A stretch of 64,000 nt of DNA from Octopus sinensis (GCF_006345805.1 NC_043002.1:30566001-30630000), one strand, 5' to 3'. Shown: positions 1 through 12,842, counted from the first letter of the stretch. Program-made: numbers and translations. Notes: a model not told the origin generated them from the letters alone.

Positions 1-51
1 ATCTATCTATCTATCTATATCTATCTATCTATCTATCTATCTATCTTATCA

Positions 52-95
<44 letters not shown>

Positions 96-143
96 ATCTA
101 TCTATCCATCTATCTATATATCTATCTATCTATTTATCTATCT

Positions 144-219
<76 letters not shown>

Positions 220-240
220 ATCAATCAATCTATCTATCTA
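1..240. repeat. (ATCT)n microsatellite
   Basis: Direct tandem ATCT repeat. Confidence 0.98.
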
Positions 241-714
241 TCTATTCCCTGTGTGTCTATCTATCTATTTAGTAAACATCCCTCTCCAGCCATACCACAC
301 CCTTATCTCCTTCCCCCTATCCCCACGCCGTTGTTCTTCGCTTTGTCCTCTCATTTAAAGCCACTCAGCATGGAACGCTTCACTTCAACAGCAGAAAATG
401 AAATTAAGAGAATTTTTAATGACATCCTTGTTTCCTTTGAAGTGTTCTCTCAGTAAATCTCTGTTGATGTTGACTGTCGGACATAAACCAGCTCGTTCTA
501 ATATACACACTTAGGACACAACATAATTGTAGGCCTCACACATCTACACTTGCACGCATACACACGCAGTCTTTTTCTTTTCTTTTGAACACTTAAACGC
601 ATGCATCTATGTGTATACATACATACATACACACTCACACACACACACACATTCGATATATATATATATATATACAAACACACATATATACATACATTCA
701 TACATACAATACAT

Positions 715-764
<50 letters not shown>

Positions 765-846
765 GTATGTATATATGTTTGCATATATATATATAGAGAG
801 AGGGAGAGACAGAGAGGAAGGGACAAAGAGATAATGTGTATATATT

Positions 847-903
<57 letters not shown>

Positions 904-1362
904 ATACATCCATACAGGCAAGCAAACAAATATGCGTGTCTATGTATGTATACATGCAGACACGCACGAAGTTAAATAGAATTAGATAGAAAATAGAAAA
1001 CACATACACACAAACAGACACACACACACACCACATACACACAAACAAAAAAAAAACACTCACACATGCACCCACATAACACCTACGCATAAGTATCGAG
1101 CTCTTAAATGTCCTAGTTAGAAGTAAATGTGTATAAGCAGTTTGATGTATGTAATTGCGCATTTGAAAGAGATCAACGACCTGAACCAAGTGGTAAGTCC
1201 TAATCTGTGATTGCGATGAATGGCATCGATATAACGTGTCGCCTAGCATGTAATAGGCTCGTTGTTCGCTCCACGGAATCAGTTTGTAATGATGTGTTTT
1301 TCTGTCTCCTGATCTATTTAGATCCATTCTAATTCAAGTAAAGATCTCCATCGGTCACCAAT

Positions 1363-1447
1363 GACCATTGTATTACACCAAGAAAGTTCCTCTCTGAGGA
1401 AAAAGTCCAGGCAAGGTTATTTGCGGGAGACCAGTAGTTGCCCATTT
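1363..1447 (-). mobile_element. Degenerate 3' fragment of SINE family C
   Basis: Matches the reverse complement of the tail of the full copy at 56498-56830 (gaccat...agaaagtt...aagtcc.ggcaaggtt.ttt..gg.agaccag.ag.tgcccat). Confidence 0.7.
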
Positions 1448-1790
1448 ACACCATGTTGTGGAGGTTGTCGTGCGTGGATCTAGTCGGCATTGCGCTGGTT
1501 TGCGCTTCCCCAACCAAATCCTCGGCGACAAGCGTCTACCTCTTTACTAACATCTTGGCCAAAATCTTAAACACTGTGTTAGGCAGAGTTATGGGCCTGA
1601 AGTTATCTAATGTGTCCCTTTTGTTTACGTCTTTCCTTATCAGCATCACTACGCTCCTGCTCACAGAATTGGGAATAATCTCGTTCTGATGGCATTTGCA
1701 GTAGAGCGCTTCGAGGAGATCGGAGAATAAGTCTGGCATACTCACGTAAACCTCGTAGGGCAACCGGACAACTTGCGCCTCATGCAGCTG
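1448..1790 (-). pseudogene. Non-LTR retrotransposon RT fragment, L1/Tx1-like
   Basis: PYEVY...IPNSVSRSVVMLIRKDVNKRDTLDNFRPITLPNTVFKILAKML followed by VAEDLVGEAQTSAMPTRSTHDNLH, the typical early RT motifs of L1/Tx1. Confidence 0.8.
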
Positions 1791-1829
1791 ACAAGGACAT
1801 CCTGATTTTTTCTACTGAAGTTATCTACC

Positions 1830-2160
1830 TTTCGCAAAGATCGACTTTGCCTTTTATTCTTTCGAGATCGATGAAATGAGTAGCAGTCGCGTACTGAGAG
1901 ATATAATCGATTAGACCCGCCAAATTTAAGGCCTTGTACCTACTGTAGGAATCTGAATTAACTCATATGAAGCCAGTGAGTTGACAGAAGCGTTGGCACG
2001 CCGGATAAAATGCTTAGCGACATGACGCAGATGTTGATTTCTCTTTTCATTCTTTCGGGATTTATGAAATAAGTAGCAGTCAAATACTGAGGTCGATAAA
2101 ATCAGCTGCATCCTTCAAGAACTATTGGCCCTGTGACAAAATTTGTAACCATTAGTAGGT
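1830..2160 (+). mobile_element. Two degenerate SINE family A fragments
   Basis: gatcgactttgccttt..tctttcg.gatcgat.aaat.agta.cagt and gagttgacagaagcgttggcacgccggataaaatgcttagcg match the family A copy at 9797. Confidence 0.7.
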
Positions 2161-2952
2161 CATTTGTATATAGCAGTAACGATTAATATTTTATCTTCCT
2201 CATTAAAGTATGTTCCACAACTTACTCCATTCCTTGGACCCTTAAATCCTGATAAGTCCAGCCTGCACCGAGGTTACAAACAGCGTACCGTGGGTATTTT
2301 AATTCTGGCAGAGTCCATCTTTTTTCAAGTCTGATAACCACGTTAAGAATAATCGACTCAAGTACTGGACAGGCATTTGTAGTTATTGACACACCAAAAG
2401 AATAAACAGCAAATCTGTCTTTGGCAGTATTTGAACTCGGAATCCAAAATGCTCTGGCGAATATCACAAGGTACTGAATACGTCATTATAACGCCTTTAC
2501 CAACTCACCATCTTAACACGCACTTACAAGGCTATAGAATAAAAGTGAGGTTGTTCTTTTCGTCTGAAGATAATTGACTGTTGATGGGATTTTCAATTTC
2601 TTACATTTAATTACTAACATAAAGAAAATACAAATGTATTTTCAATGTCAGTTTTCAAAGGTTCACTTCAGTTGTGTGTCTTACTTGTGTAGTTTTTTTT
2701 TATCGCATGTATGTCTGTGGAATTGTAACGTTTACTGAAGTATCAATGAGTTATAGTAACTTATAAAAACATAGGAATAATAGAATAAGTATATTCTTGC
2801 ATTTCCCAAATGAAAGGAATTGCAAACATCACATCATGCTAGACCTTATAATGTTGGGCTTTATGCTTTGTTAGCAGATATATGAGTACAAATACGTTTT
2901 CGCACAGAGATTTTTAACACAAAGGCAAAGAGTTAACAATCCTTTATGTTAT

Positions 2953-3270
2953 GAATGGCCATGGGTTTTCCACTTAGAAAGTTAGCCTCCGAGGTACAAT
3001 TCCGGACAAGTTAGTTTTTATGAAAGACCGGCTCTCGTCCATGCATACCAGCCTCCCCAATCCACGCCGTCGATGTTATCCAGGGGAAAGGCAAAGGCCG
3101 ATATAGTTTGGCACCAGTGACATCACAACTCATTTCTATAGCTGAGTGAGCTGGAGCAACGTAAAATAATGTCTTGCTCAAGAACACAACACACTGCCTG
3201 GTCCTAGAATCGAACTCACTACCTCATGATTGTAAACCCGATGTTCAAGTCACTGAGCCATGCGTCTTCA
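2953..3270 (-). mobile_element. SINE family C (tRNA-derived head), near full length
   Basis: Reverse complement begins tgaagacgcatggctcagtg (A box) and contains gagttcgattc (B box); body matches 56498-56830. Confidence 0.85.
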
Positions 3271-3539
3271 TATTTTAGCATACACTCTCACTATCTCCCT
3301 TTTTCTCTACTTCACACTCGCTCTCTTTCTCTCTCTTTCTCTCACACACACACAAACACCCACATACACACACATACACATTCAGATAAATGGAAATATT
3401 CAAATGACCTACAATTTCAAGGGAGGGGATTAGTCGATCACATCCACACCAGTGCTCAATTGATACTTGTTTTACCAACACCAAAATGATGGAAGGAAAA
3501 TTCCACCTAGGAGAACTTTCGAGCTTAGAATATAAAGAC

Positions 3540-3960
3540 GAACGAAATGCCATCAAGCATTTCGCCCGCCATGCTAACGATTCTGCCAGCTCGCTGTCTT
3601 AGGAAGCTTGATTACAATATTTTGTAGTATAGGCACATTGCTTGAAACTGTGGGGCAGGGGGTTACATCGACCCAAGTATTCAACTGGTACTTATTTTAT
3701 CGATTCCGAAAGGATAGAATGTAAAATTGACCTCGGTGGAGTTTGAACTCAGAACGTACAAATGGGCGAATTGCAGCAAAGCATTTTGTCTGGTGTGCTA
3801 TCAATTTTGACTGCTTACCACCTTAGGAAGTTTATTAATAATGGTTTGAAATTCTAGCACAAAGCCAGCAATTCGGGGAAGGTGTAAGTTGATTACAACG
3901 ACCCGAGTGCTCAGTTGGTACTTATTATACCGACCCAGAAAAGATGAAAGGTAAAATCGA
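3540..3960 (-). mobile_element. Cluster of degenerate SINE family A fragments
   Basis: aactggtacttattttatcga...ggaAtttgaactcagaacgt and gcatttcgcccgcc.tgctaacgattctgccagctcgc motifs. Confidence 0.75.
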
Positions 3961-4180
3961 ATTGTTCAGAATAGACATAATACTAATCAAAGATGAAGCT
4001 AAAAACCTAATACATGCCTACAATTATTTCTTAACCTTATATCAATTTGATGCTACAGCCCTTGCTTTTCTTTACAAACATTGTCATTAAGGCTAATAGC
4101 GTGTCTTTTTATCACGAGATCTTTCTTTTCAATTGTTGTTGAATCTTATTTATGTTGCTCAAAAGTTATGGTAGCCTGCT

Positions 4181-4221
<41 letters not shown>

Positions 4222-4234
4222 CTCTCTCTCTCTA

Positions 4235-4269
<35 letters not shown>

Positions 4270-4300
4270 GATATATATATATATATTGATATATATATAT

Positions 4301-4550
4301 AAGTTCAGCAAAATTAAGATTCAGATGAATATGGTACTTAAGTTAAAGTCACCAGAATTTAGTATGGTATTATCCATATAGATCAAACGGGGTGATTATA
4401 ATCAAAATAAGCAACAAAGATATCCAAGGTAGTGTAGTACAATTGTTTCATGCTACTTCATTTTATTAAACACTGTAAGTATTACATCAGTTTTAAAATG
4501 TCAAGCAATCTTCAGCCACATATAGAACTTTTCAATTAAACTGATAATGC
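4301..4550 (-). mobile_element. Hammerhead-bearing retroelement 3' terminus (PLE-like) abutting (TA)n
   Basis: Contains the hammerhead motif at 4433-4520 and runs into (TA)n about 130 nt downstream on the minus strand. Confidence 0.6.
4433..4520 (-). ncRNA. Type I hammerhead ribozyme motif with long stem II
   Basis: Minus strand: UGUGG-CUGAAGA-[59-nt stem II]-GAAA-CAAUUG-UA-CUACA; intact core, stem I 5 bp with one G.U, palindromic stem III ACAAUUGU. Confidence 0.75.
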
Positions 4551-4596
4551 ATATTCTTATACATTTGCCAATATTGATTTATGCGATCTATCATCA

Positions 4597-4641
<45 letters not shown>

Positions 4642-4665
4642 CTATCTCGATCTATATCTATTATA

Positions 4666-4700
<35 letters not shown>

Positions 4701-4714
4701 TATCTATATATCTA

Positions 4715-4782
<68 letters not shown>

Positions 4783-5514
4783 CTAGCTAACTATATGTAT
4801 ACTCACACACACACACTCATCATGATAGTTGACTTAACATGTAATGCCTAAAATCATTTAGCAGTATATTAATTTCAGAGTTTACTCCCCTGTTTTAAAG
4901 ACAAAAATTATCATTGACGTTAACAGTGTGACTTCCCTATTTTATTTCGATGAAAAATATTTCTGGTTTACTAAAGAAGTGTGATATCCACTATTTAACT
5001 AAATACATAAAATAGCGTATAGTGGGTATATATTTTATCGCATGTATATATTTTATCGATCCAATGTAGGATGAAAGCAAGATCGACATCGGTGTGATTT
5101 GAGCTTACTTTTAAAGGGCTGCCACTAAATAGTACAAGACATCGAGGTTCTACCGATTATGCCTCATAAGTGCGTGTCTGTATGTATATGAGTCCGTGAG
5201 GCAGAGTGTGTGCGCCTGTGTTATATACACATATTTGAATGTATGCAAATATAAATGTGTGTGTGTGTGTTTGTATTTGTGTGTGTGTGCATACATTATA
5301 TTGATAATTGTGGGTTAGAAGTATATTCATATTTGTATTAGGAATTTTTGGTCCTCGTGTGTATGTATATGCATGCGATATGTCGTTGTATGTGTCTATA
5401 TATGTATCCATATCAATATACACACGTCAATGTTAGGAGATGTAATATCGTGTAATACGTGATAGACCAGATATATAAATGTATATGTCTGTGTGTGGAA
5501 GTTTGTCTGTCTGT

Positions 5515-5576
<62 letters not shown>

Positions 5577-5807
5577 GTATATACATATATATATGCCAAT
5601 ATAATCAAAAGTTCAGTACATACACTCACACACACATACACACACACACCATATATAATATATAAATATATTATATATATATATACACATATATTTGTAT
5701 ATATAATATATATATTATACACACATACATACATATATATATACACACACGCATATTTATAATTATATATATACATTCATACATACACATATCTACACTC
5801 ATGTATA

Positions 5808-5843
<36 letters not shown>

Positions 5844-6586
5844 CTGTACTCTCGAGCATGTATGTCAAAGTGCGTACAAATATCCGGTTACATCGGGGGT
5901 GGAGGCTGAAGAAAGAAAGAAATAAAGAAAGAGAGAAAGAAAGAAAGAAAGAAAGAAAGGAAGAAAATACCATACCTACACTCGTGTAGGTGACCTTAAC
6001 CGTCTTAATATATACCTGTTGGTGGCGGTCACTGCGTCTATTCGAGAGTAAACGTTCTATGTATACAGGTGTGATTAATCATAATGTATATAGATCTAAA
6101 GGGATTATTTTGTACAGGTGAAATTGTTTCTGCTGTGTTCATAGGAAAGTACAGTGACTGATACAGTTATAATTACACTTACTCGTGCCTTCAGAAATGA
6201 CTGATATTAGAATCGGATTTTTTACACGAGTTTGTCATTTACTTATTATAATATTTGTTTTTAATTTTTTCCACCCTGTCTTTCCTTTGATTTACCGGTG
6301 TAGATTCTCTATATTTAATCACCATTTTCTTTTATTTATTTATTTAATCTCGCACTCTTTTTATTTTATTTTATTTTTAATTATTTTATGTCTTTTTTTC
6401 ATTTTGGTTAAAATGCTGGAAATTATTGTGGCAAACGTGTATAATAATATTATTATGTAATTATTATTGTGCATAAAATGTCTGCGTGTGTCGATCGAAT
6501 GTGTAGGCGTATGTGTCTACATGCTTGTGAGTCTGTGTGTACCCACACACTTACATACATATACTTTATATATATATATATATATA

Positions 6587-6629
<43 letters not shown>

Positions 6630-8460
6630 TTTGATAGGTTTCGGCCATTATTGGCCCAGGCCATGTCTAACTTAATAGCACCACCTGGTGAAGTCTTTCA
6701 AGTCAGAATTTGGCACTATGGCCCACTCAAGTAGAGAGTTATTGTTTACAGAGACATATCCGGGTGTAGGGGGGTTTATCCGGGATTTCTTGAAGAATCT
6801 GTCCAAAGACTTCTTGAACCCTATAGGGTCAGTTTCTGTTTTATAATGTGTTTTGGTGTAATGTTTAAAGAGAGCGGGGCCAATTGAGGTGAAATAATTG
6901 TGCCGAATTGTTGTTATGAGATGAAGTGCGATTTTTGTTTTGGGCGGATGGCACGGGGCCCAAGCCTTGGATGTACCTTAAAGGTGATGCCAACATCATT
7001 TGGGCAATGCTGATGGAATATTTTCCACATCATGCAGATGATGTAGCGCTCACGACGACGTTGGAGAGAATAGAGTTTTAGCTTTTCTAGTCGACCCCAA
7101 TAGTCGAGGCCTGTCATGCCATCTATCTTTTTTGTGATTGCCCTTTGAGGTGCTTCAACTTTTTTTGATACCTTGTATTGTGTGGGGAGACCACAGTGGA
7201 CAACAGTATTCAAGGTGGGGTCGGGCAAAGTGGAGAAGAGAAGGATAATGGTGTGGATATCTCTCGACTGGAAAGTTCTGAGAATCCAGGAACACATTCT
7301 GCGGGCCATGTCAACTTTGGTGTTTATATGAGTGGCCCAGCTTACTTTTGTCCACAATTACTCCCAAGTCTCTGATGTTGTTGGACGCGCCGCGAGAGTT
7401 TTTCACCTGAAGGAAGGGAGTATGGGAGTTTCAGGGCATCCTCTTTTTCCAAAGTGGATTAGCTCAAATTTATCCTCGTTCAGCAGCATATTTTTTTTTC
7501 TGCCCATTTGGATAACAGCCAGTAGATCTGACTGAAGGCATGTCCGGTCACTCGCCTCATTTATGACCTTCTGTAGCTTGGAGTCATCTGCAAAGATTTT
7601 TATGTTGCTGTGCTTGATGATGTCATTAATGTCATTAATGTAAATGATGAAAAGAAGTGGGCCCAGCACAGTGCCTTGCGGAACGCCACTACTGATTGGT
7701 TGGGCTTGATTTTACCCCTTCAACTACAACATGTTGAGATCTGTCCTGTCAGGAAACACTTAATCCATTTCAGTAACTTTCCAGAGACACCAATGTTGGA
7801 TAGTTTTTTCAATAGGATCTTGTGATCGACCCTGTCGAAGGCCTTACTGAAATCAAGTAGATGACATCGGGTTGGAGCCCGCTCCCAAAGCTCTCAAAAT
7901 GTCCTCAAAGTGATGCAGGAGCTGCGTTAGGCAGTCCCTTCCATTACGGAACCCATGTTGGTTGGAGATCAGCCGTCTGTTGCTTTCCAGAAATTGGGTT
8001 ATTCGAGATCTCACCCCCTCTCCAATACCTTGATGATATGAGAGGTGAGTGAGATCGGACGGTAATACTGCAAGGGACTTGTTTCCCTTTTTGAAAACTG
8101 GGACAACAGACTGGGACAGAAGGTTTTTTGGAATATAGCCAGCATCCAGTGAGTTTTCTCCACAGATTAGCAAGGGGAGATGCAAGTTGGTGTCGACACA
8201 CCTTCAGGACACAAGCAGGGAACCTATCGGGGCCTACTGCTGAATAGTGTTATTTCGTTTATCGCCGCTAAGACATCAGGGGCACTAAACGTTATGTCCG
8301 ATATAGTGTGTTGGGGTTGACATCACTGATACAGCCAGATCGGCCATATCAGGATTGCTTGAAAAAGAGCAGTATTTTTTCTGCAGTATCTCGGCCATGG
8401 ATTTGGCATTATCTTGGAGAGTGCCAGTTTCGTCAATTAGAGGGCCTACAGTGGGACGTG
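6630..8460 (-). mobile_element. 5'-truncated CR1/L2-group LINE (RT and C-terminus, frameshifted), 3' end at (TA)n
   Basis: Frames give GPLIDETGTLQDNAKSMAEIL, GPDRFPACVLK, PVFKKGNKS, NQHGFRNGRDCLTQLL, LGPLLFIIYIND...IFADDSKL, LKLYSLQRRRERY; 3'UTR hairpin ggcc-aataat-ggcc then (TA)n. Confidence 0.92.
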
Positions 8461-8483
8461 TATATATATCTCTTCTTCTTTAT

Positions 8484-8517
8484 GTTTCCGACGAAGAGCT
8501 CCGCTCGAACGTCATAC
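8484..8517 (+). ncRNA. Degenerate hammerhead-like motif (CCGACGA core) in a short terminus ending in (TA)n at about 8606
   Basis: GUUU-CCGACGA-A-GAGC-UCC-GCUC-GAA(one A missing)-CG-UC-AUAC. Confidence 0.5.
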
Positions 8518-8605
8518 CTCCCTGCTTCCTTTCCTGAGCGCCTATTAATAATAATACTTAATTGTTCCATTGTTGTTGTTTTTTTGTTTCCGTTTGGATT
8601 AAAAT

Positions 8606-8639
<34 letters not shown>

Positions 8640-8660
8640 TATTATATATTATATTATATG

Positions 8661-8694
<34 letters not shown>

Positions 8695-8974
8695 TATGTA
8701 TATAAACACACATCACAAGTGTATATAATCTAACAATCATTTTAAATACTGTTAGTAACAGAAAGCTCACAGCTAGCTAGCTATATAGACACGTACATAC
8801 ATACACACATACATACGTGCGTATATGCATGCATTCATACAAACACACACATATATATATATATATATAATATATATATAAAATATTATTCGAGACAAAA
8901 CCACTATTTTGCAAAACAAACAAGGAAAGACTTAATCAATACATAAAATTTTTTAATAATAGTCAAAAAAACCG

Positions 8975-9017
8975 CCACTACAATCGTTTCTTGTCTTGAT
9001 CGACAATCTTCAGGTGG
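8975..9017 (-). ncRNA. Minimal type I hammerhead ribozyme (mirror copy)
   Basis: Exact reverse complement of 9062-9104. Confidence 0.85.
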
Positions 9018-9061
9018 ACTTCCAATAATTCAGTGTCATTTGACACTGAATTATTGGAAGT

Positions 9062-9104
9062 CCACCTGAAGATTGTCGATCAAGACAAGAAACGATTGTA
9101 GTGG
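9062..9104 (+). ncRNA. Minimal type I hammerhead ribozyme (mirror copy on minus strand at 8975-9017)
   Basis: CCAC-CUGAAGA-UUGUC-gaucaa-GACAA-GAAA-CGAUUG-UA-GUGG: full canonical core, stem I 4 bp, stem II 5 bp, stem III self-pairing with G.U. Confidence 0.85.
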
Positions 9105-9796
9105 CGGTTTTTTTGACTATTTATTAAATTTTATGTATTGATAAGTCTTCCTTGTTTTTTGCAAATAGTGTTTTGTCTCGAATAATATTTTATAATATTA
9201 CTATAAAATCGATTTAATCCTAAATCTGATTTTTTTTCCCTGTAAATTTGGATTTATTCCCTAATATTTATTATTATATATATATATATATATAATATAT
9301 ATGTATATATATATATATATAATATATATTATATAATATATATATATATATGCAAATATATATGTATATATATATTATATTATATATATGTATTTATATA
9401 TATATATATATAGTTATGTCTTTATATACATATACATATATACATATACATTCATATGAATACATGCATATATATACATATAAAAGTGCATGTGTATATA
9501 CATAAACACACACAAACACACATTGACACACAACAAAAAGGTTTTCTCCACGGACCTGTGCCAGCATGCGAAAAATCTTGAGTAAACATCTAGTTATCGT
9601 AACATTTAATAAGTAAATATCGAGGTTTTATTCTCTTACATATTGTGCGAATATATGCATGCATATCCATGCATTTATTTTAAGTTGGTTCAGCTGTTAT
9701 TCAGAGAACCGGGCACTCGGCGACTATTACATAACGATATAGCGAAAGTTATATTGCAGAAGAAATACGTTGAAATCTTGGTATTCAAATGACTAC

Positions 9797-10399
9797 GAAG
9801 GCGGCGAGCTGGCAGAATCATTAGCACGCCAGGCGAAATGCTTACCGGTATTTCGTCTGCCGCTACGTTCGGAGTTCAAATTCCACCGAGGTCGACTTTG
9901 CCTTTCATCCTTTCGGGGTCGATAAATTAAGTACCAGTTACTCACTGGGATCGATGTAATCGACTTAATACCTATGCCTGTCCTTCTTTGTTCCCTCTGT
10001 GTTTAGCCCCTTGTGGGTAATAATGAAATAGGTATTTCGTCTGCCGCTACGTTCTGAGTTCAAATTCTGCCGAGGTCGACTTTGCCTTTCATCCTTTCGG
10101 GGTCTTTAAATTAAGTACCAATTATGCACTGGGGTCGATGTAATCGACTTAATACCTATGTCTGTCCTTGTTTCTCCCCATCTATGTTTAGCCCCTTGTG
10201 GGTAGTAAAAAAATTGGTATTTCGTCTGCCGCTACGTTCTGAGTTCAAATTCCGCCGAGGTCGACTTTGCATTCCATTCTTTCGGGGTCGATTAAATAAG
10301 TACCAGTTAAAACTGGGGTCGATATAATCGACTTAATCCGTTTGTCTGTCCTTGTTTGTCCTCTCTGTGTTTAGCCCCTTTTTGAGTAGTAAAGAAATA
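9797..10399 (+). mobile_element. SINE family A: one head plus three tandem bodies, flanked by a 17-bp direct repeat
   Basis: Head gaaggcggcgagctggcagaa; body ggtatttcgtctgccgctacgtt...gaaata x3; ggtattcaaatgactac at 9780-9796 and 10400-10416. Confidence 0.92.
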
Positions 10400-10933
10400 G
10401 GTATTCAAATGACTACACTCACACCCTCCTACATTTCAGTTGGTCCAGTAATGCAGTTGAATATAACATAATCATTTCGTTTGCTGCGCCGTATCTTCTA
10501 CTTTCGCGCTGAATTTTGGTAAAGTTTATTTGATGTATTCATATGAGGAAACCATTGTAGATGCGTATTCATAGATGCTTATTCATAGAAGGAAATCCTT
10601 TTAGATGCTTATCTGTATTTGTTGTTTATATACAGATGATCTTTGTTTTCTGCGTTTCCAAATACGTGCCATCGCTCACATTCTACCGTTTTTCATCCCA
10701 ACCTATACTTCCGCATTACATTCTTTTCTTTTAGGAACATGTACCATGTCAATGCAGGGCTATATCCATCTGACTGCGGAGCAGTACCGAACACTGCATC
10801 ATTTGGCACTAGGCCGCAAAGAAAGAATAAATTTTATATATTTTATTGGCTACTGCAGTCTGTTTTTGCATTACAAATGTATTATATATATGCAACAAAC
10901 ATACATACATACATATATATATATATTTACTAC

Positions 10934-11315
10934 GGCACTCCGTCGGTTACCACGGCGAGGGTTCCAGTTGATCCAATCAACGGAACAGCTTGCTCGTGAA
11001 ATTAAAGTGCAATTGGCTGAGCACTCCACAGAAAGTGTACGCTCAACGAAGTTCTCAGTAGGATTCAGCGTGACACAGAGTGTGACAAGGCTGGCGCTTT
11101 GAAATATAGGTACAACAGAAACAGGAAGAAAGTTTGAGAGAGAGAAGTTGTGGTGAAAGAATACAGCAGGATTCGCCACCACCCTCTGCCGGAACGTCGT
11201 GGAGCTTTAGGTGTCTTCGCTCAATAAACACTCACAACGCTCGGTTTGGGAATCGAAACTGCGATCCTATGACCTCGAGACCGCTGCCCTAAGTACTCGG
11301 TCATTGCGCCTCCAC
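10934..11315 (-). mobile_element. SINE family E (tRNA-derived head)
   Basis: Reverse complement starts gtggaggcgcaatgaccgagtacttagggcagcgg...gtttcgattccc (A/B-box like); head homologous to 49964-50260. Confidence 0.85.
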
Positions 11316-11340
11316 TTATATATATATACATACTTAACCT

Positions 11341-11506
11341 GTCGAGATACTGAAGAGTTCTTAACTTTGGATAAAAGAAAATGTAAAATGCTCAGTTAAT
11401 TATGATTTTATTCAACATATATCTTCCTCTCGTCTAGTAAAAGACCTCGGAAGGGTAGAACTTTCGCGATATCCTTAAAGCGAGAAACTTTTTAGCACCC
11501 CTTCGG
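11341..11506 (+). mobile_element. Mariner-type MITE, internally deleted copy
   Basis: Shares gatcagttaattatgattttattcaaca core and tttt.agcacccc end with 15700-15915. Confidence 0.65.
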
Positions 11507-11669
11507 AAATGTTTATATATTTGTTTTGCAAAACTCTTGATGTGAAACCCTGTGTTGAAAGTGATATTGCTATACTGAGGATTGCCATATTTTCCCAACT
11601 AAACACATGCACTACATATTTGGTCTTCACTTCATCTTCGTCATTATTTATTTTGTCAAAGCAACTAAA

Positions 11670-11725
<56 letters not shown>

Positions 11726-11727
<2 letters not shown>

Positions 11728-12029
11728 GTACAAAGACCTGGAAATAGAGGTAACTAGAATGTGGAATCTGAAAACAGAAACAATTCCTATCATAGGAGGT
11801 GCATTAGGCATGATAAAAAAATATCCAGACAAATACATAACAAAAACCCAGGACTTACAACAACATATAACATACAAAAAATTGCACTACTAGGCACTGC
11901 ACATCTCCTACGCAGAACACTTTCCATACAATAACCATCAGAGCATCACAACAAATCACAGCACATACCCAAGGCACACAGAGCTGCGCTCGGTAGTGAT
12001 GAAAGCACGCTATAAAAATAAAACTACTG

Positions 12030-12030
<1 letters not shown>
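11726..12030 (+). mobile_element. Dong/R4-clade retrotransposon 3' end, copy 1
   Basis: KYKDLEIEVTRMWNLKTETIPIIGGALG-type RLE C-terminus plus 3'UTR ending aaaactactga(AAT)n. Confidence 0.85.
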
Positions 12031-12074
<44 letters not shown>

Positions 12075-12099
12075 TAATAATAATAATAATAATAATAAT

Positions 12100-12403
12100 A
12101 AGTACAAAGACCTGGAAATAGAGGTAACTAGAATGTGGAATCTGAAAACAGAACAATTCCTATCATAGGAGGTGCATTAGGCATGATAAAAAAATATCCA
12201 GACAAATACATAACAAAAACACCAGGACTTACAAACACATATAACATACAGAAAATTGCACTACTAGGCACTGCACCATCCTACGCAGAACACTTTCCAT
12301 ACAATAACCATCAGAGCATCACAACAAATACAGCACATACCCAGGCACACAGAGCTGCGCTCGGTAGTGAAGTGAAAGCACGCTATAAAAATAAAACTAC
12401 TGA
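12100..12403 (+). mobile_element. Dong/R4-clade 3' end, copy 2
   Basis: Near identical to copy 1, same 5' junction aataagtacaaagacc. Confidence 0.85.
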
Positions 12404-12443
12404 ATAATAATAATAATAATAATAATAAACTAATAATAATAAA

Positions 12444-12478
<35 letters not shown>

Positions 12479-12484
<6 letters not shown>

Positions 12485-12806
12485 GAAATGGAGAAACTCT
12501 CAAAATACAAAGACCTGGAAATAGAGGTAACTAGAATGTGGAATCTGAAAACAGAAACAATTCCTATCATAGGAGGTGCATTAGGCATGATAAAAAAATA
12601 TCCAGACAAATACATAACAAAAACACCAGGACTTACAAACACATATAACATACAGAAAATTGCACTACTAGGCACTGCACACATCCTACGCAGAACACTT
12701 TCCATACAATAACCATCAGAGCATCATAACAAATCACAGCACATACCCAAGGCACACAGAGCTGCGCTCGGTAGTGAAGTGAAAGCACGCTATAAAAATA
12801 AAACTA

Positions 12807-12810
<4 letters not shown>
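12479..12810 (+). mobile_element. Dong/R4-clade 3' end, copy 3 (longest)
   Basis: ORF 12488-12712 MEKLSKYKDLEIEVTRMWNLKTETIPIIGGALGMIKK...QKIALLGTAHILRRTLSIQ, matching the EK..KY..L...W....P..GALG...Q...L.TA.ILR pattern of RLE elements. Confidence 0.88.

Positions 12811-12842
<32 letters not shown>

Larger units (their letters stand above)
8877..9275. mobile_element. Fold-back element: about 160-bp near-perfect inverted arms with 2-nt centre, flanked by (TA)n on both sides
   Basis: 8877-9038 is the reverse complement of 9041-9194 (only homopolymer indels differ); right arm extends a further 80 nt to (TA)n. Confidence 0.95.

Noticed and set aside
6636-6665. GGCC-aataat-GGCC-GAAAC at the LINE 3' end as a hammerhead
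   Set aside because: No CUGANGA-like core or stem I upstream; better read as the LINE 3'UTR stem-loop
10743-10808. Possible minus-strand exon PNDAVFGTAPQSDGYSPALTW
   Set aside because: Weak donor, short, no supporting neighbouring exons or homology
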